20,000 nucleotides of DNA. Source: Catajapyx aquilonaris. Its lineage: Eukaryota. This document shows, one piece after another, positions 15,258 to 20,000 of the stretch (position 1 is its first letter; each line of letters starts with the position of its first letter). A program made the position numbers and the translations under genes. The notes below the pieces were generated by a model. It was not told where the DNA came from and searched no databases. It saw nothing but the letters and a program-made list of their open reading frames with translations. The DNA lies in assembly GCA_000934665.2 (NCBI GenBank), contig JYFJ02001710.1, positions 51,400-71,399 on the forward strand, written 5' to 3'.

Positions 15258-18114
15258 TCATTTTCTTCTAAAAAGAAATTTTCTTGTAATTCGAAAAGGA
15301 CGTACGGCTGTATTTAGAACACGTATATTCCGCAGTCTATCACAAGAATTTGCAGATTTTGCAGGAAGAGGGCACAAGGAAACCAAATCTGCTAATTTTC
15401 GCAGACCATGTAGGCGCACTTGCTCGTTAAGTACGCAGTGGAAGAAGAAAAGGAGGGTCCCTTGCAGCGAATTGCAAATGGCAAATGAGAACTCCAAAAT
15501 GTCCGTCACCCATACCAAGTCTGAAATAGGCAATGAGTCTATAATAGTAGGAAAGTGACAGAGTGGTGTGAGGTACAAGAACATGCCTTGATGGAAGAAG
15601 AAAAATCCGATAGACCACGTCAGACCCAAAGTTGCTGTGAGTGACGCAGCACCTTTCAACCACCCTCTGCTGGAGTTGTTGCCTCCAGCAATATCAGGAG
15701 ACGGACTGACAGCTTGGTAACGCTTTTTGATAGCAATTACAAAGAAGTACATGTTGCACTGAGAAAATAAAAATGTCATTATTATACCAAAATGTGACTC
15801 CGATCGTTCTTCATTTCAGATCTTCATATGTGAAGTTACTTGCCAGAAGTATCACTGCCACTGGTGCCATAAAAGCCCAAATCAATCCGTTATCGCTGCT
15901 GAGCCAGCAGCTGATAAGAAAGCAAAATATTAAAAATATGTCGTCTAAATTGTAACCCTGCTCCTTACATATGTTTCGTTCCATACCCGTCCCATCGCAG
16001 GCTGGCAGACACAATTACTATGATGGCAGGAACGCCATATGCCACTACCATCATAGTCCTCTTGCCAGTTTCGTACTTATCAAAAACCTTTGAAAAGAAT
16101 TGCCAAAACAATAGTTTTGAAAAATAATCTGGGCTTACTCACCAGCACAATTTTGACATATAGTTGGTATCCCTCTGCGAGCATCCAACAAAAGGAGACC
16201 AGGTAGAAGTAATGGAGCATAATAGCAGCGAATTTGCAAGTAGCCTTATTTGCAGTACCATCAAATCCTCCCAGCATTATGACTTGGGCAAAAAGAAGGG
16301 AAAGGCTGAGGTTTCCATGTATGAAGTTTCGCAGGTTGTCCAGAAGTCGTCTCAGAGAAATGAAGATGATAAGGGCCAGTATGAGACACACAATCGACAC
16401 GCAGCATCCGAATGACGTCACAATGGAAATCAGCATCTGAAAAGGTATCCAATGTTTAAATCACTTTACAAGTAGTGGGTAGTCATATTTGAAGCGTTAC
16501 TTCTATTTCAGCCTTGAGGTCTATAATTCCTCCATAGTCAAACAAGATGGCCAGATTAGTCAGGTGATTACACTGGCATACAGTGTGGTCATTGGTGTAT
16601 TGAATCAGGTGGCATCCTTGTGATCTCCAGTCATTGTCAGTGATGCTCCAGAAAACACACTCTGGATTGGATAAGCGATAATTCTTGCCATCAAATAAGT
16701 GCATCAGTTTGATTCGCATGTTTCCATTTGAAAACTGGAGTCCATCGGTGTTGTTTCCTATGGTGATTCCAACAACTTTGCTGTTTACTATTCGTATGGA
16801 TGGGCTGTACACTTCTTGGCCTGGCTTTCTGATGTGAGGGTTGGTTAGTATTCACATAGGCATGTGCTGTACATTGCGGCAACTTACATGAGGAGATTAT
16901 CGCCAAGTACGTCTTGAATATTTAAATATGTTGCATATGTCGCCATCCACATTTTGTTGACTAGCCCTTCTTGTTTGGCTTCTTGGGGTAACAGTGTGGT
17001 CGATCCTGTGCTGGCGTATTTGTGGTATAAACGTATGTTCTTTTCATTTGCCTTGGATTCTGTGGAAACAACTAATGCAGCAGCTCGGTTAAATCCAACT
17101 GTACAAAAAGACATCATCATGCAATACAAGAAGATGCAATATTAAATTATGTAGGCTACCTATATGATTGCGAGTAAAAAGTCCTGTAATGTTGTTCAAG
17201 GTGGCGTGGAATCCAATAGAGTCTATCGCCTGGTAAAATTGCGTCGTCAAATTTTTATAATCGGAAATATTTTTCCAAACTTCTGTAAAATTCAGCGGAT
17301 TGTCGCTTAAGTGAATTGCCGAGGTGACAAACAATTCAGCATTTCCGTGACAATCCTCAGAGCAGTTATTGTACTCCTTTATCTCCTCATCCATTGCAGC
17401 TTTAAGAATGTACACAACGGCCATAATATCCACATCTTGAAAGTTTTCCCCGTATATTTCTCTAATGTCCGTTACATTATAGACCAAGGTTTGCAGCAGC
17501 TTGCCCACTGGAACGATTATTTTCAGTTGGTCGAAGAATAACGCCCACAGATGTCCATAACCGGTGCAGTTGCTGAAAGTAGTGTCTTATTTAAGATTGA
17601 CTTGACATCTGAAAGTTAGCGTCAAGGCATGCTCAACAATGCCTAATTTAGACAAAAAAAGTGACTATGACGATTCCTCATTAATATTTCATTCTTAATA
17701 ACATGATTAGCTTACCTGATGTCAGGGTACCAAATCCACTCCCCTGCCAAGTTGCACTTCCAAGAGGCTTCTCCTAGCGAGTGGGGGTTGGGACAATGTT
17801 GCCTTTGTGTGTGTCCAGGCCCAGTCCCCTTCCACAACATTCCATATGCGCTTTTGCTGGAGCATCCGATGCCTGAGTCCCTTCTGAGATACCCTGGATG
17901 TACGCAATACCCAATGTGCAATTCATTTTCAGTATTCATTGGAGCGAAACAGGTGTCTATCTTGCACTGGCAAGAAGATCGTTCTTCTATTATTGATTGT
18001 GGTTTGGTCGGCACATGACCACCAGCAAGAAATATTGAACCCTCATGAGATCCTCGTGGCAATACAATGTTAAATTTTCCTCTAGAGCTCGTGTACTCAA
18101 CGATGCACAATAGC
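15258..18114 (-). CDS. Adhesion GPCR D (5' exons unresolved): Cys-rich N-terminal segment, HRM, GAIN/GPS, 7TM
   Basis: Exons 18114-17716 (HRM: C...LWKGTGPG...CP...ASWKC...W), 17572-17160, 17098-16888, 16828-16501 (CVFW...W...GC...CQCNHL/TNLAILF), 16436-16143, 16087-15969, 15910-15844, 15758-15587, 15520-15258. Two introns need GC donors. The start codon was not identified and the last exon may splice further. Confidence 0.88.
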
Positions 18115-18522
18115 CTAATATTGGAAACCCTCTTGTTAGATTAGACTTGATGAGTGGATCGTGACATTTTCCTTATTTAAAATTAATATAACTAGAACCA
18201 TAATCTTTTTTGCAAATGTTGCCATATGAACATCGCACTATTTATACTGAAAGGGATTAGGTGATAGTGTGGTGTAGTTATTAGCAGCACCTCTGGCCTC
18301 CCAAGGTCGATCCCGGGATCATGGGGAAAGAGTTTTGATGGGTTCTCTCACAGCAGTAATAATGATTGTCCTCCTTAATGACCATCCACAGCCTAATGGA
18401 GAGTTGAAACGGGACACACGGACAAAGCGATACGAGAAATGTGAAATTATTTGTACCTTTAGCTTATTAAAAATTGCACCCTCAGTAAGCAGAGACAACA
18501 AAAAAATGGAGAAAAATAATTG

Positions 18523-18606
18523 TGTCAGAAGTGGGATTCGAACCCACGCCTGGAGAACCAGACTGCGACCTGAACGCAGCGCCTTAGACCGCTCGGCCAT
18601 CCTGAC
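18523..18606 (-). tRNA. tRNA-Leu(CAG), second copy
   Basis: Same 84-nt cloverleaf as 14062-14145, differing by two variable-arm substitutions; T5 terminator downstream. Confidence 0.98.
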
Positions 18607-19009
18607 TTGGTGACTTCCTACACTTCGAAACGGAATAGGTCATTACATGCCCACACTTGGCATCAGTGCAAAATGAGAATGAGGAGTGTTTTATCAATTG
18701 ACCTTTCATACTCTGAGATTTAATTACTGTGGGTGGTCACGAAGGAGTTTTATTACTGCTATGTAGTTCATTAAGTACTGCGAGATTAATTAGTAGGTGA
18801 AAGGTCACAGAAATATAATTATCAATGGTAGAGAGTAATAATGTTGGTGGAATCCTTCAGCCTATTTTACTTCTTTAGGCCAAATAATTGCACATCGAAT
18901 TATTTCTCATATTAATTACAGGTATGCCCTCATCGACCTTACCTTCTGACATAATGTGTGTAATGAGCAAAATGCGAGTATTTGACTGTGGCGGTACAAA
19001 AGAATATTC

Positions 19010-19081
19010 AGGTCCCACCCAGATTTGAACTGGGATTGCTGGATTCAGAGTCCAGAGTGCTAACCATTACACCATGGGACC
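19010..19081 (-). tRNA. tRNA-Gln(CTG), second copy
   Basis: Reverse complement matches 14381-14452 except one G>A in the variable loop. Confidence 0.98.
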
Positions 19082-19154
19082 TTAGTAGTTAGAGGAGGTT
19101 CACTCTGCAGTGTTGCAGAAGTTTCCAATTTATTAATCGTTTGACATATATGTG

Positions 19155-19388
19155 AATATTGATTGGCCAAGTCCAGTTGAGTGTTTATTAATAATAATGT
19201 CTATGTTGGAACATGGTCTCTTGATGAACCTTGCCTTGATTGAATCTTACGGGATGAGAGGTCACTGATAAAAAGCTGACTTTTAGTTTTATGGTGACAT
19301 TTCTTTGCACCAGCTATATCAAATTGGCTTCCAACATTGATATATATTAATAATATTAATACTCAACTGGACTAAACCAATCAATATT
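19155..19388. repeat. Imperfect inverted repeat, arms ~55 bp (MITE-like/foldback)
   Basis: The left arm AATATTGATTGGccaAGTCCAGTTGAGT...ATGTTGGAA (19155-19211) matches the reverse complement of 19329-19388 (AATATTGATTGGtttAGTCCAGTTGAGT...ATGTTGGAA). No clear TSD. Confidence 0.75.
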
Positions 19389-20000
19389 TGCTTACATCAA
19401 AATCATATTTATTGCACATAGTAGCAGGATACGTTTGAATGCAAAATTTTGTATGCAGCATGTAGCACAGGAGCACATGACAAACAGCCTGCACCAACAT
19501 GAAGCATCCAACTTCAATTCCATTTTATGGTAGCAAAAAAATAATGTTGACGAGATTGTATGTAGTGTCTTTTGAGAAAGCAATAATTTTAATTAGAGCT
19601 AATTACAATAAAATACATTAGGGACATTTACGTAGCCTACCTGCATAAATTTCATATACCGGTATGCGATTATTCCACATGACCTTTCGAAGAGCTTCAA
19701 ACAATAATAGAAAAGGCTCCTTCATAGCATACTGTGTTCCCATAGTCAGAACAGCTACACCCTGGGTAACCTGAAATAAATGGGCAGGGTGAACTCATCT
19801 CAATGAGCAGTCACTGCTGTTTATTAATATATGTACAAGCTTTAGATGTGAAATATTCCATATGTATAGCTTACTAATAAACAAAAAGTATCCGTGGCTC
19901 CTTATACATATTTTGTTGTAGGCGAAGGAGTAGCTGCTGTAGGACAATAAGGCTCATAGTTTTTGTCGTATCTGTTGCTACTTCAGGGGCAATCAGGCCT

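Noticed and set aside
18943..20000. Exon-like segments on the minus strand (18985-18943, ~19770-19641, ~19999-19880)
   Set aside because: Plausible splice sites, but no recognisable product or clear signal peptide. They could be 5' exons of gene D or the end of a neighbouring gene; unresolved without transcripts.

Overview
This is eukaryotic DNA from a compact invertebrate genome, with most introns 48-70 nt. The left edge holds the first two exons of mitochondrial ATP synthase subunit delta (minus strand). The rest is a head-to-tail minus-strand array of four intact-looking latrophilin-like adhesion GPCR genes, called A-D here. They share the GAIN/GPS-7TM core and most intron positions, but their ectodomains differ completely. 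A has a minimal ectodomain and a GPS that has lost its cleavage motif. B has two (rhamnose-lectin-like + C-type lectin) modules, a mucin stalk and an HRM. C has only a long mucin stalk and an HRM. D has a short Cys-rich domain and an HRM, and two GC-AG introns. Two tRNA-Leu(CAG)/tRNA-Gln(CTG) pairs lie at the 5' ends of C and D, one with the Gln gene inverted, and share an upstream motif. Also present: a 62-bp hairpin-rich insertion with a 4-bp target-site duplication, a ~235-bp inverted-repeat element, two intronic microsatellites and a repeated CTCF-like 12-mer at gene boundaries. Exon structures were derived by hand from splice signals and phase, and domain calls are by motif recognition only.
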